Part shown: positions 20,888 to 30,425 of the stretch, in pieces | How positions within the stretch are numbered: the first letter of the stretch is position 1 | Layout of the letters: the number at the start of each line of letters is the position of its first letter | Virus record (IMG/VR): IMGVR_UViG_3300031867_000001 | Location: 128,001 to 192,000 of that record | Origin: a virus | Taxonomy: Duplodnaviria; Caudoviricetes | Direction: 5' to 3' (one strand) | DNA: 64,000 nucleotides | The notes under the pieces: generated by a model | Told to the model about the DNA's origin: nothing | Databases searched by the model: none | The model's input: only the letters and a program-made list of their open reading frames with translations | Translations under genes and position numbers: made by a program

Positions 20888-21364
20888 TCAAATATAATGT
20901 TTCCGCATATATAAACGATTCAATTGATCATATGTAATACCAATTACAACTTGATTGGATTCCGATCCATATGTCAAACGATCGGTTCCAGTAATCATAA
21001 TGACCAATGCATTTGTATGCGGATCTGTTGAATCGATTGATACATCAACCGTTATCCCAGTCAATTGTAAACGATTACATTGATCATTGATTTTTGTTTT
21101 GATTCTATCAATATTTGATTTATCATCTGCATACTCATGTAAGTATGATTCAATATCAATACCCAATTCCGGAATGGACGGATACTGACCCGGTTTCATC
21201 ATTAATAATGTTAATATGATATTCACACACATTTCAAATGATGATAATACTTTTGGTTTATGTAAATCATTTAATTCCAAAGGCGTATCATATCCGATTG
21301 TTTGAAACTTGGATGGGTATCGCTTCTCAACTTCTGCCAATGCAATTCCTTTAATGTCCAACAT
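20888..21364 (-). CDS. Baseplate wedge protein, gp25-like
   Basis: ILTLLMMKPGQYPSIPELGIDIESYL matches the gp25 L.T.PGE....P.FG pattern. Confidence 0.7.
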   Translation of the reverse strand: MLDIKGIALAEVEKRYPSKFQTIGYDTPLELNDLHKPKVLSSFEMCVNIILTLLMMKPGQYPSIPELGIDIESYLHEYADDKSNIDRIKTKINDQCNRLQLTGITVDVSIDSTDPHTNALVIMITGTDRLTYGSESNQVVIGITYDQLNRLYMRKHYI

Positions 21365-21379
21365 ACAAAATCACCACCT

Positions 21380-22126
21380 TTATTCTGGTCGGTTTGTATT
21401 TGACTTCACATATGATGCAATAAACTCCTCATAGTTTTTATCAACGATTTTGATGTAATTGATTCCATTCGTATTGGTTTCTGCACGCATACGTTTATCC
21501 TTCAAGAATTCAATCTCACGAGAATGCTCCATTCTACCAGACGTATTATCACTCTCTTTGATTTCTACCTCCAATGACAATGATGGAATGTAGAAATCCG
21601 GAATGTAAAGATGTGTCGAACCGTCTTGCCACTTGTACCAATAATTGTTTGGTGATGGTGCAATGATATCATCTGGAGACCAATCCAATGATTTCAATTG
21701 ATTCAAGAAATCCGCTTCATATGAACCAATCACACGGAATTTATGTTTTTCATCCCACACATAATCACGTGCTTGTGGATGATTGTATATCATCTTACGT
21801 TGCATATCCGCATCATTCAACAAATGTTCTTTTCCATACTTATTCTTCATCCGAGTTTTCATCATGGTAACGTATGCTTCCTTGCAATGTGGATCATCAC
21901 AAAGTCGTTCATACTTCAATGTCTCGCGATTGAAATGAACTGGATTCTTTCGGCATTGTGTACACAACCGACCCATGTCTTTATGGACAAATAATGAATA
22001 TGCATATTCCAATGGTTCACATTCATCTGGAATCATGTCATTGTGTTTACCTGCAACATGATTACAGTATTTATGTTTATCATTGAAGGATCGATCACAG
22101 AACAAACACTTTACTGCTCGAGCCAT
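21380..22126 (-). CDS. Zinc finger plus TnsA-like PD-(D/E)XK endonuclease
   Basis: CxxC...H...H finger, further Cys pairs, GSYE and YIPDFY...EVEIK; start moved to the ATG after AAGGAG. Confidence 0.7.
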   Translation of the reverse strand: MARAVKCLFCDRSFNDKHKYCNHVAGKHNDMIPDECEPLEYAYSLFVHKDMGRLCTQCRKNPVHFNRETLKYERLCDDPHCKEAYVTMMKTRMKNKYGKEHLLNDADMQRKMIYNHPQARDYVWDEKHKFRVIGSYEADFLNQLKSLDWSPDDIIAPSPNNYWYKWQDGSTHLYIPDFYIPSLSLEVEIKESDNTSGRMEHSREIEFLKDKRMRAETNTNGINYIKIVDKNYEEFIASYVKSNTNRPE

Positions 22127-22190
22127 AAAAATAACTCCTTCCTTATTTAATATACACTTAAAGTGTTTATGATTTCCGTTGGACAAAAAA

Positions 22191-22202
22191 TAAACAATCG
22201 TT
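22191..22202 (-). promoter_or_regulatory. Putative late promoter AACG-ATTGTT-TA
   Basis: AACG-N6-TA upstream of the 22126-16578 virion operon. Confidence 0.45.
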
Positions 22203-22243
22203 TATATCCAAACATTATTCATATACATAAAAAAATACAAACT

Positions 22244-22271
22244 TGGAAGCCGGGGATATCCCCGGCTTCCA
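22244..22271. terminator. 28-bp perfect palindrome TGGAAGCCGGGGATATCCCCGGCTTCCA
   Basis: 3' of the 22286 gene. Confidence 0.75.
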
Positions 22272-22285
22272 TTCATGCTAATGGT

Positions 22286-22687
22286 TTACTTTGAATTGAA
22301 ATATTCTGCGTATTTTTGACGCAGTTCTTCAATCATTGCCTCTCTTTCGTTTTCCAGTTGCTTCTTACGCTGGTTTGCAGCCTCTTCTTTCTCCGCAATC
22401 ATTCGGTGCATTGCGAAACGCTGCTCCAGAGTATAGCGCTTGTAGATCTTGCGATACGCTTCGCCGTCCTTGAAATGGACAACGATCTCGTCCATTTCAA
22501 TTTCGCCATATGCGTACTTCTTGAAGAATCTGACATGGATATCATCTCTATAGACAGCCATTCCATCGTAGGTGTAGCCGTCATCCAACAGCTGTCTGCA
22601 ATACGGAATCATTCCGTGCAGGTCGCCGGTTTTACGCTCAGCATACACCCTAATCTGAGCGATTGCATCGTATTTGTTTTCCATCAT
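22286..22687 (-). CDS. Hypothetical early protein
   Basis: AAGGAGG SD; higher GC than the flanking genes. Confidence 0.75.
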   Translation of the reverse strand: MMENKYDAIAQIRVYAERKTGDLHGMIPYCRQLLDDGYTYDGMAVYRDDIHVRFFKKYAYGEIEMDEIVVHFKDGEAYRKIYKRYTLEQRFAMHRMIAEKEEAANQRKKQLENEREAMIEELRQKYAEYFNSK

Positions 22688-22709
22688 GATAAATTCCTCC
22701 TTAAAAAAT

Positions 22710-22731
22710 ACCCCCGCCACATGGCGGGGGT
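22710..22731. terminator. Hairpin ACCCCCGCCA-CA-TGGCGGGGGT
   Basis: Followed by ATTTTT on the minus strand. Confidence 0.7.
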
Positions 22732-22742
22732 GCAGTGTGTTC

Positions 22743-23396
22743 TTAGTACGACATCACTCTCGCGAGCTTGGCGAACTTCTCCTTGTTGTAGTCCTTTACA
22801 AGGAGCTCATACTCCTTGAAGACCTTGTTGGAAGAGCTATAGCGAACCAACTTTCCGTCGTACGCATATACGGTAATTCCCCCAATAGAACTGAGGGTGA
22901 TCTTGAGTTCATTACCGTCACAGCAACGACCCTTGATACGGAGGTCACCGAATTCAGCTTCTGCGGAGTTGATGGTCGCACCCTGTGCAACAATCTCACG
23001 AACGATAGCAGTCATGACCACCATCTTGTTAGTGATCGACTCTTTCATACAGAACTCGACAATTGCTCCGGTCACATCTTCAGTGCTCATACCATAAAGA
23101 GCTCTCCGCGCAGCTCTCTCGGCTTCGCGTCTGATCTCTTCTGCACGTCTTGCGGCATCGCGCTCAGCCTGACGGCGAGCTGCAGCACGCTCTGCTTCGC
23201 GGCGGATCTCTGCAGCGCGGCGAGAGGTGTAGTCCTCATCAGCTGCTGCTGCGACTGCTGCAGCACCCAACAGCCCGCCAATGATCATTGCTGCGCCGAT
23301 TGCAGCGTCATTGTCAGTGTTGTTGTTTCTACGTACAGGTGTTGCATTGGAGAAACCTCCATAGATTTTCTCCGAATCGTTAAACTTAATGCTCAT
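22743..23396 (-). CDS. Hypothetical early protein with a hydrophobic helix and an internal R/A/E repeat
   Basis: ATG at 23396 after GAGGA; AAIGAAMIIGGLLGAAAVAAAA; RRAAEIRREAERAA and RRAEEIRREAERAA repeats. Confidence 0.75.
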   Translation of the reverse strand: MSIKFNDSEKIYGGFSNATPVRRNNNTDNDAAIGAAMIIGGLLGAAAVAAAADEDYTSRRAAEIRREAERAAARRQAERDAARRAEEIRREAERAARRALYGMSTEDVTGAIVEFCMKESITNKMVVMTAIVREIVAQGATINSAEAEFGDLRIKGRCCDGNELKITLSSIGGITVYAYDGKLVRYSSSNKVFKEYELLVKDYNKEKFAKLARVMSY

Positions 23397-23516
23397 AGCA
23401 TCCTCACTTTCTCTGGGATAGTCCCAGGTCATGTCTCATCATAAGGAAGCATACATTAATTGCAAGATTTTGCTTCCATGATAATAAGGTTACGAGACGT
23501 TTGGTTATTCCCTTAT

Positions 23517-23543
23517 CATATTAATTATATATATTTGAAATTT
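23517..23543 (-). promoter_or_regulatory. Putative early promoter (TATATAATTAATATG motif)
   Basis: Variant of the 16506/52115 motif. Confidence 0.65.
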
Positions 23544-23579
23544 CGAAATAATAGAATCGACATACATTATTAGTTATCA

Positions 23580-23592
23580 AACGAGATTTTAA
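23580..23592 (+). promoter_or_regulatory. Putative late promoter AACG-AGATTT-TAA
   Basis: Upstream of the 23657 virion gene. Confidence 0.5.
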
Positions 23593-23656
23593 CTTTGTTG
23601 ATTATACATTTAATATGTAATCAACTTTGAAATTCATATGTTAAGGAGTAAAGTTT

Positions 23657-26600
23657 ATGGATAATAAGAACGATGTAAAATTCATTTACAACAATGGATT
23701 CCGTGAAACTTGTGAATCTATGTTAAAAACATACGATCACAGTTTAAATGAATTAAGAAATGTTGTAACTGGAAAAACCGTAGCACCTGACGAGTATGCA
23801 GTATGTAATCGCGAATATAAGTTCAGATACATCAGTCCAAACAACATTGCAGAATACGCTTCATTGTTAATCAAAGTTTTGTTCAACCATTTGATTTCAG
23901 TAAATGTAACTGACATTGAGAAGTTCTCTGTTGAATGTGCTTGCAGATTCGTTGGTGAAAATGATTGTGATGGATTCAAATGGGATAATATCTATGAGGA
24001 TTCTGGATATACCCGACATGATATTGGTTTGAGAGAATTGATTGTGTATTGTCAGAATGAGTTCTTCTCCAATATCGTAGTAAGCAAGTATGAGATGGAT
24101 GAACGTCGTAATCACATCAAGAAGGATTATGATAAGATTAATGGCATTCACTTGTCTGCAAACATCAGACGTATGATCGATGCAATTCCGAGACTTATGG
24201 AGAAGACGGACTTTGTCAACATGGGTAATGACGAGAGACTCGTCGTTACAACATTCATCGAGAACTTTGTGATGTTTGCAATCAATCTGACATTGTCCAG
24301 TGTTGTATCCATGATCATGTATTGTGTTCCCAGAAGTACTTACAATACTGCATTGAGACATCATGACTTGAAGGTTGATAATAATTCATTGCTGGATGAT
24401 GAATACTTCAAAGAGAGTGTTGATGAATCAACTCACAAGCCGGTATATGTGATCTTCACCGATACCAAGAGTATTGTTGCAAACCCAATCAAGAAAGTCA
24501 CCAAGAGCGATTTCAATCATGCGTCATTTGCATTTGATCCATCATTTGAAACCGTTTATACATTCAATCGTAAAGGTGACTCTGGATTCACCATTGAAGA
24601 CTTCTCAACGAACTTATTCCAACAGATGGATTGTTCTGTATTTGTTGCATTTGTTTCTGATTCCGATTACAGGAAAATGAAGAAATATGTAAAGTATATT
24701 GAGAAGAACCAGATGTTTACAAAATATGATTGGGGTGTTGTTCGTGCAATGTTGTTCAACAAAGACACCGAGTCTTCTGATTTCCGTGGTGTTTGTTCCA
24801 CATTCGTAAACAACATCTTCAAAGTCATTGGTAAGAATTATACCGAGAAAGACAGCCCCAATCAAGAAGAGTTGAGAAGTTCAATCAATACAAACAAGGA
24901 TCAATTCAATGAAATCTACAATGGTCCTGTTGCAGATATGACCAAGGATTCCATTGTCGAGAAAACACATGACTTTGCAAAATACAAGAAGAGTCATTCT
25001 ATTTCCGAATATGTAACTGAATGCTGCTTACTGAAAACAAACAACATCGTATTCAATAACAAGCTTCCGTTCAATATCAACATGAGAAACATTGTTCTTC
25101 AGGATATGCATCCAAACTTCAAGGATACTGTTACGGCTGTGAAATTCATTATGAACGATAGTCGTTCTCCGGTAAACCAGATGATTATCAAGTATGGATC
25201 ATATAATGTTGGTAATCAAATCAATCCCGACATGATTGTTCGGATGTTTATCGGACAACCGTGTTCAACATTTGACAACTTCTCCAATTATCAAAACTTC
25301 TACAACGATACGGATTTCCATTCCGATGTCAATTGGCTTGATAAAATCACATTTGGTGACCCATATCAAGACGGCAATTACCGAACCGATGCCGTTGGTA
25401 ATAACCACAGACATCCAGTTGTTATGACCTTGAGAACACTGTATCAGATGTATGGTGATCATTTGTGTAAAACCAACCAAGACTTGGCTGACAATATCGA
25501 GCGTGTTGGTAATGCAATGATTGGTATTGCTCAAGTATACAAAGATTGTGGAATCAGAAACTGGGAACTCGTCCGTGACATTCTTGCAGTATTTGGTGAA
25601 ATCATGACCAAGTGTATCATTCGTTTGTACAATAACCACATGACTGTGATTGTTGCATCTGACAATATGGATGACACTATGATTCCTGGATATATGTATG
25701 AAGAATACTTTGTCGAAGATGGTGAAAGTGGTAAACCCACTGTAACTGTTGCAAATGCAAATTCTGCATCGAACCAAGGCAAGTCCACTGGTAAGCAGAT
25801 TCTTGCAAAAGGTAAAGAATTCTTAAAGCAGATGATTCATAAATTCTCCGGTTGGGTTACGGATGGATTGGCAAAGGTTCCACAGAAGTTTGTGGATGCA
25901 CATAAAGCCGAACTGGATTGGGTTTCTAAACATTCCGATTTGAACAATAAGATCGCGGCATCCATTTGTAACGACTTTAATCCGCATGTCGAGAACTGGC
26001 CTCTGTACAAGATACCGATTCAAGATATCAAAGCTGCGGCTAATAAGATTCCTACAATTGTTGCAGAATTAAAGAATTCCAATGATCCTATTGATATGAC
26101 TTCCGTTAAGAAGAGATTCTATAACGCAATTGGCTCAGAGAGTGGTTTGTCCAATATCGAAGTGAATGGACATGAAGGTTCTAAAGAAAATAAGAATATG
26201 TCTGCTGAAGAAAAGGCAGTAACGAACTGGATCTTGTATTCGAATGTAAATCCAACCAATACCACAACAAATCAATTGACTGCTGATAACTGGACTGATT
26301 TGATTAAAAACATTTCCGAATCTCCTAAAGCAGTTAAGGAAGCAATTGATGCAATTTCCAATGGATTTAAGAAAGCTTCTGAAGACATCAATAAAGAACT
26401 CAGTGCTCTTAAAGAAAGCAAACCAGATGGAGACGCTACAACCGAATATGCTTTCGATGATATTTCCGAATATGATTATTACGCTGAAGCAGATAATCAG
26501 ACACCACAAGGACAAAACTCTGGTAATGATGCTGATGCTAAGATCAAGAAACTCACTACAATTTTCAATGGTTTGACTGATCTGTCTAAAGTATTTGGTT

Positions 26601-26821
26601 CCAGTGTTGCTAAGGTTTTGAACGAGAAGTTCTATAGAACTTGCTATAACTTGTACAGAGATATGGTAACTGCATATCAGCAAAGCAATGGTAAATTCAA
26701 TGATCAGCAGCCTGAGAAGAAGGAAGAACCAACAAAGGATCAAGCTGCTGATGAATCAGCTGCAACAAATAATGTGAATACTAATCAAGCTACTGGTGAG
26801 ACCAATCCTGAAACTAAATAA
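23657..26821 (+). CDS. Large virion protein with an internal permuted papain-like NlpC/P60 (YaeF/YiiX-type) domain
   Basis: IKKVTKSDFNHASFAFD...YDW...GVCSTFV places His before Cys (permuted dyad); candidate sites YFKE-S, YVTE-C, YFVE-D, YYAE-A. Confidence 0.7.
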   Translation: MDNKNDVKFIYNNGFRETCESMLKTYDHSLNELRNVVTGKTVAPDEYAVCNREYKFRYISPNNIAEYASLLIKVLFNHLISVNVTDIEKFSVECACRFVGENDCDGFKWDNIYEDSGYTRHDIGLRELIVYCQNEFFSNIVVSKYEMDERRNHIKKDYDKINGIHLSANIRRMIDAIPRLMEKTDFVNMGNDERLVVTTFIENFVMFAINLTLSSVVSMIMYCVPRSTYNTALRHHDLKVDNNSLLDDEYFKESVDESTHKPVYVIFTDTKSIVANPIKKVTKSDFNHASFAFDPSFETVYTFNRKGDSGFTIEDFSTNLFQQMDCSVFVAFVSDSDYRKMKKYVKYIEKNQMFTKYDWGVVRAMLFNKDTESSDFRGVCSTFVNNIFKVIGKNYTEKDSPNQEELRSSINTNKDQFNEIYNGPVADMTKDSIVEKTHDFAKYKKSHSISEYVTECCLLKTNNIVFNNKLPFNINMRNIVLQDMHPNFKDTVTAVKFIMNDSRSPVNQMIIKYGSYNVGNQINPDMIVRMFIGQPCSTFDNFSNYQNFYNDTDFHSDVNWLDKITFGDPYQDGNYRTDAVGNNHRHPVVMTLRTLYQMYGDHLCKTNQDLADNIERVGNAMIGIAQVYKDCGIRNWELVRDILAVFGEIMTKCIIRLYNNHMTVIVASDNMDDTMIPGYMYEEYFVEDGESGKPTVTVANANSASNQGKSTGKQILAKGKEFLKQMIHKFSGWVTDGLAKVPQKFVDAHKAELDWVSKHSDLNNKIAASICNDFNPHVENWPLYKIPIQDIKAAANKIPTIVAELKNSNDPIDMTSVKKRFYNAIGSESGLSNIEVNGHEGSKENKNMSAEEKAVTNWILYSNVNPTNTTTNQLTADNWTDLIKNISESPKAVKEAIDAISNGFKKASEDINKELSALKESKPDGDATTEYAFDDISEYDYYAEADNQTPQGQNSGNDADAKIKKLTTIFNGLTDLSKVFGSSVAKVLNEKFYRTCYNLYRDMVTAYQQSNGKFNDQQPEKKEEPTKDQAADESAATNNVNTNQATGETNPETK

Positions 26822-26836
26822 GGAGGTATATGAATA

Positions 26837-28960
26837 ATGGCTTATGTTAAACATACACGAGAAGAGATCGAAAAAGTTATTAACGAATCTCCTGATATGA
26901 TTACTGCATTAGAAGCAGTTGGTGCAATGTATGGTATTCCATCAACACACATTATTGCTCAACCCGGATTAAAATCGATCCGGGTTGAATGTGATAACAT
27001 CATTGCTCCACCAGATGCAAAACCAAACACCAAAGCAATTGTATGTGCAATTGGTGCAGTACTTGATCAGATCTCTCAAAGAATCAATGATAAGTTGGAT
27101 CATTACCAAACAAACGTTTCAACAAAAGGTCAGATCGATGATAAGGTATCTCAAACTTCCAATCCAGCCAAGGGTACAGTCATTGCACATCATACGTTGA
27201 GTGATGGTAGTGAAATCATTGTATATGATTCCGGTTTGGTAGATATGCCACATACAGATGAAGCACGTGCAAAGGTCGCCGAGCTTCGTGCAAATGGCGG
27301 TATTCCACAGATCAACATTTTCAATGATTCAAAAGAATATACAAAAGAACCATACTTCACGAACGACTACAACATTGGATTGACCGATATTGAAAAGTCT
27401 CAGTTGTATGGAAATGATCCAATCCCAACCGACCATGCAAAAGAGTTGGATGAATGTGACATGCACATGGAAATGTTCGTTCAATATAACGAAACCGATT
27501 ATCTTGGATATGATATCTTCCAGGAGATGGGATTTGACTTTATTGAAAGAACAGAGTCATTTGTTTCAGAGGCTTCCAATCATAAGAAGATCAACGTCAG
27601 TGATTTCAAACATTCTAAGTTTGATAATAAAGAAATCACCAAGGCTATTCAGTGTTTCAATGAAGCACGTCTTGAACAGAAGAACAAAGGCAAGGGTAAG
27701 TTCGATATTAAGACATTCATCGATAATCCAAAATACAAAGAAGGTGTGAATCATCTGCAGAAACAGTTTGATTGTCAGCTCTCTGTATATTGGCACACTG
27801 ATAGTGAAAATCCAGATGCAACTACTGTGTTCACATCATGCTATGATATGATTGCACAGAAGATGACTGTATCTAAGACCAAGGGTTTCCAACTTGCTGG
27901 TTTACCGATCCAGGTTCATATTCTCAATAATGCAATTGATGAAGAGATGAGTCTTGATACAAATATAAAGTTATTTGGTCAATTCATGTGTGCAACCTTG
28001 TGTCATGAAATCTTCCATAACATTGCAAATGCTTTAAGATTGAATAATGGAATCTTTACGTTTACACTTGATTCTGCTATGAGTCTTGCTGCATCTACCA
28101 ATAGTGCAAAACGTAAACGTGAAGTATTCGATCATTACGTTGCAACTTTGAGAGATGGTAAGAATGATCCAATCTCCAAGATTCAAAGAAAACGACTTGT
28201 CTCTGCACTTTGTAAAGCATCTGCATTGGCAGAGAACAACAAGGCTTTGATGAATCTGAAGAGTTCTGTGACTGTTAATCCAAATGCAGAACAAGAGATC
28301 GACAAATTGATCAATGCATATTCCCAGAAGTATCAAGAATTAAACACCATTCACACCAAGATGATGAAGAAGGGTAAGAAGTACAACAAGGGTCGTGCAA
28401 CGGCAATGACTGTGATTGGTATCATCTTATTGATCACAATCATTGGTTTGCCGATTGGTATCATCATGCTTGCAAACACCGGTGATATCGAATATGAATA
28501 TATGAAGGAATACGAGAAGTACATGAGAACTCCAAACAAGGAAGAGTACTATTGTGATCTGTTTGCTGGTATGTACAATCTTCCAATCTCGTTCACATAT
28601 GGATATGAAAAACGGAATTACACAGCAAATATGGTTTCACCCGAGAAGCTTCAGCAGTTGAAGGATCTGGAAGGAAAGGTTCGTAACTTGAAGCAGTCTA
28701 AATATCCGACAGAAAGTGAACGCAATTATGCGGGATTCTTAATTGCAAAAAATATTCTGGAAGGAAAGACTGCTGTATCCAAGGAAGTTCGTGAGTATTG
28801 CCAATGGGTTGTTGCAAACTATTCGAACATCGCTGATACGGATATTGCTGCGAACTATCGTTCTCATGTATTCAATCCTAAGGAAGCAGAAGATTTGGAT
28901 ACCCATCTCCAGAATCTGATCAACAACAATCAAATCAACATTACCGAATACGCTATTTGA
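26837..28960 (+). CDS. Virion protein with zincin-like metallopeptidase motif and transmembrane segment
   Basis: LCHEIFH (HExxH), EEYYCDLFA, hydrophobic VIGIILLITIIGLPIGIIML, FVSE-A site. Confidence 0.65.
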   Translation: MAYVKHTREEIEKVINESPDMITALEAVGAMYGIPSTHIIAQPGLKSIRVECDNIIAPPDAKPNTKAIVCAIGAVLDQISQRINDKLDHYQTNVSTKGQIDDKVSQTSNPAKGTVIAHHTLSDGSEIIVYDSGLVDMPHTDEARAKVAELRANGGIPQINIFNDSKEYTKEPYFTNDYNIGLTDIEKSQLYGNDPIPTDHAKELDECDMHMEMFVQYNETDYLGYDIFQEMGFDFIERTESFVSEASNHKKINVSDFKHSKFDNKEITKAIQCFNEARLEQKNKGKGKFDIKTFIDNPKYKEGVNHLQKQFDCQLSVYWHTDSENPDATTVFTSCYDMIAQKMTVSKTKGFQLAGLPIQVHILNNAIDEEMSLDTNIKLFGQFMCATLCHEIFHNIANALRLNNGIFTFTLDSAMSLAASTNSAKRKREVFDHYVATLRDGKNDPISKIQRKRLVSALCKASALAENNKALMNLKSSVTVNPNAEQEIDKLINAYSQKYQELNTIHTKMMKKGKKYNKGRATAMTVIGIILLITIIGLPIGIIMLANTGDIEYEYMKEYEKYMRTPNKEEYYCDLFAGMYNLPISFTYGYEKRNYTANMVSPEKLQQLKDLEGKVRNLKQSKYPTESERNYAGFLIAKNILEGKTAVSKEVREYCQWVVANYSNIADTDIAANYRSHVFNPKEAEDLDTHLQNLINNNQINITEYAI

Positions 28961-28981
28961 TTAAAAAATAACATCGTGATT

Positions 28982-29001
28982 CCCCGCCCATATGGGCGGG
29001 G
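28982..29001. terminator. Bidirectional palindrome CCCCGCCCATATGGGCGGGG
   Basis: Between convergent genes. Confidence 0.75.
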
Positions 29002-29012
29002 GATACACACAG

Positions 29013-30278
29013 TTATGCGTTCATCATTGCGAGACGTCTCTTACGATTTTCATCGTAATAATCCAAGATGTTCTTAACTTCGATCGGGTCAAGGTATACC
29101 CCAATCATTTTATGGAGTTTCTCCGAAATATCAGATGGTCTGATGATACCAGCAGACCGCTGTAAGTTAATGCAGATTGTTTTCACATCCGTATCTGTGA
29201 TTGTTCCGATTTTCTGCTTCACCTTATACGCATCAAAGATGGTAATCGGATATGGTGTTGCTCGGAAGTGCAAGAACGTCTGTAATATGTTCATTTCCAA
29301 CCGGCACAAGACGTGAGAGATCGCGTCATCGTCATCCGATAAATCGGACTTACGAGACACGATTCTGTCAGACTCACCTGCATTCTTACCAACCTTCAGT
29401 GCCATCTTTCTAATGACATGGAAGTGGGTCGCGTCGAGAATGACATCGCACTTGTCTCTCATGACACGGGAGATGTCACCGATGTTGTAGTCATAGTCGG
29501 GTGCGATATGACGTACAATCACGCAGATGTCATCGTTCTTGATCGGCTGATCACGACGATTCTCATATGCGATGTTGAATACGTCAAAGATATTCACATC
29601 GATGCTTTGTTCTTCACACCACGTGAATGTCTTCTTGATCGAGTTTCTTGTTTCGGACAACTTATCCTGAACAAGTTTCTTGATCATTTCGGGAGGGAGT
29701 GTCACTGTTGACAGATCTGTCGTGGTTGTAACAACATCTTCTTCAACAGCGGGAGTAGTAGTTTCAGTTGCAGCATCATCAGTTACGATTGTAATGATAT
29801 TGCCGTTCTTCGTAAACAGCTTGTCTGTTACTTCGGAATATCTCCTCTTAGATTTGATCATGTAGCATGCGTATTTGCTACATCTGATTCCCTTCTCCTC
29901 ACATTCTTTCAGTGTTTCAGTCACATTGAAATTGTGCTTGATCATGATGCGTGTGATATCCTCGATGGTCTTCACACTGAATGCGTCAACACATGACGGT
30001 GCGTTCGGGGATGCTGGTATTTCTTCAGTTGTGTTGGTTGATGTTGTTACGACAACATCATCATTGTGAATAGGCTGGGACTGTGGTTGAGTCTGGTTCT
30101 GTCCCCAGAAAGACATTACCGTATTGAGGGTCTCAATCGTTTCAGGGTCGATGACGGATAGTACTGTCATCACATCCCGTCCAGAGAGATTGTGTACTTG
30201 AACTGCCTGTTCACAGATTGCCGCCATTTCGTTAATGGATTCTGTCAGTACGTTGATCATTTCCAGCTTTTCGTTCAT
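29013..30278 (-). CDS. Hypothetical early protein with tandem HTH-like helical repeats
   Basis: AAGGAGG SD; about five degenerate helical repeats. Confidence 0.7.
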   Translation of the reverse strand: MNEKLEMINVLTESINEMAAICEQAVQVHNLSGRDVMTVLSVIDPETIETLNTVMSFWGQNQTQPQSQPIHNDDVVVTTSTNTTEEIPASPNAPSCVDAFSVKTIEDITRIMIKHNFNVTETLKECEEKGIRCSKYACYMIKSKRRYSEVTDKLFTKNGNIITIVTDDAATETTTPAVEEDVVTTTTDLSTVTLPPEMIKKLVQDKLSETRNSIKKTFTWCEEQSIDVNIFDVFNIAYENRRDQPIKNDDICVIVRHIAPDYDYNIGDISRVMRDKCDVILDATHFHVIRKMALKVGKNAGESDRIVSRKSDLSDDDDAISHVLCRLEMNILQTFLHFRATPYPITIFDAYKVKQKIGTITDTDVKTICINLQRSAGIIRPSDISEKLHKMIGVYLDPIEVKNILDYYDENRKRRLAMMNA

Positions 30279-30340
30279 AATAAAATTCCTCCTTGATAAT
30301 AGATAAGAATAGATTTATATAAAGCGATATTGCTTTATAT

Positions 30341-30360
30341 CATAATAATTATATAAATAT
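30341..30360 (-). promoter_or_regulatory. Putative early promoter (TATATAATTATTATG variant)
   Basis: Upstream of the 30278 gene. Confidence 0.55.
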
Positions 30361-30425
30361 GCAAAAATCGTATTTTCGATTATATGACGTTTCTTTAAAT
30401 CTCATATTTAAGGAGGTAATTCACA

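Noticed and set aside
22316-23444. 167-aa and 256-aa plus-strand ORFs
   Set aside because: Antisense shadows of GC-rich minus-strand genes that have an SD and a promoter.
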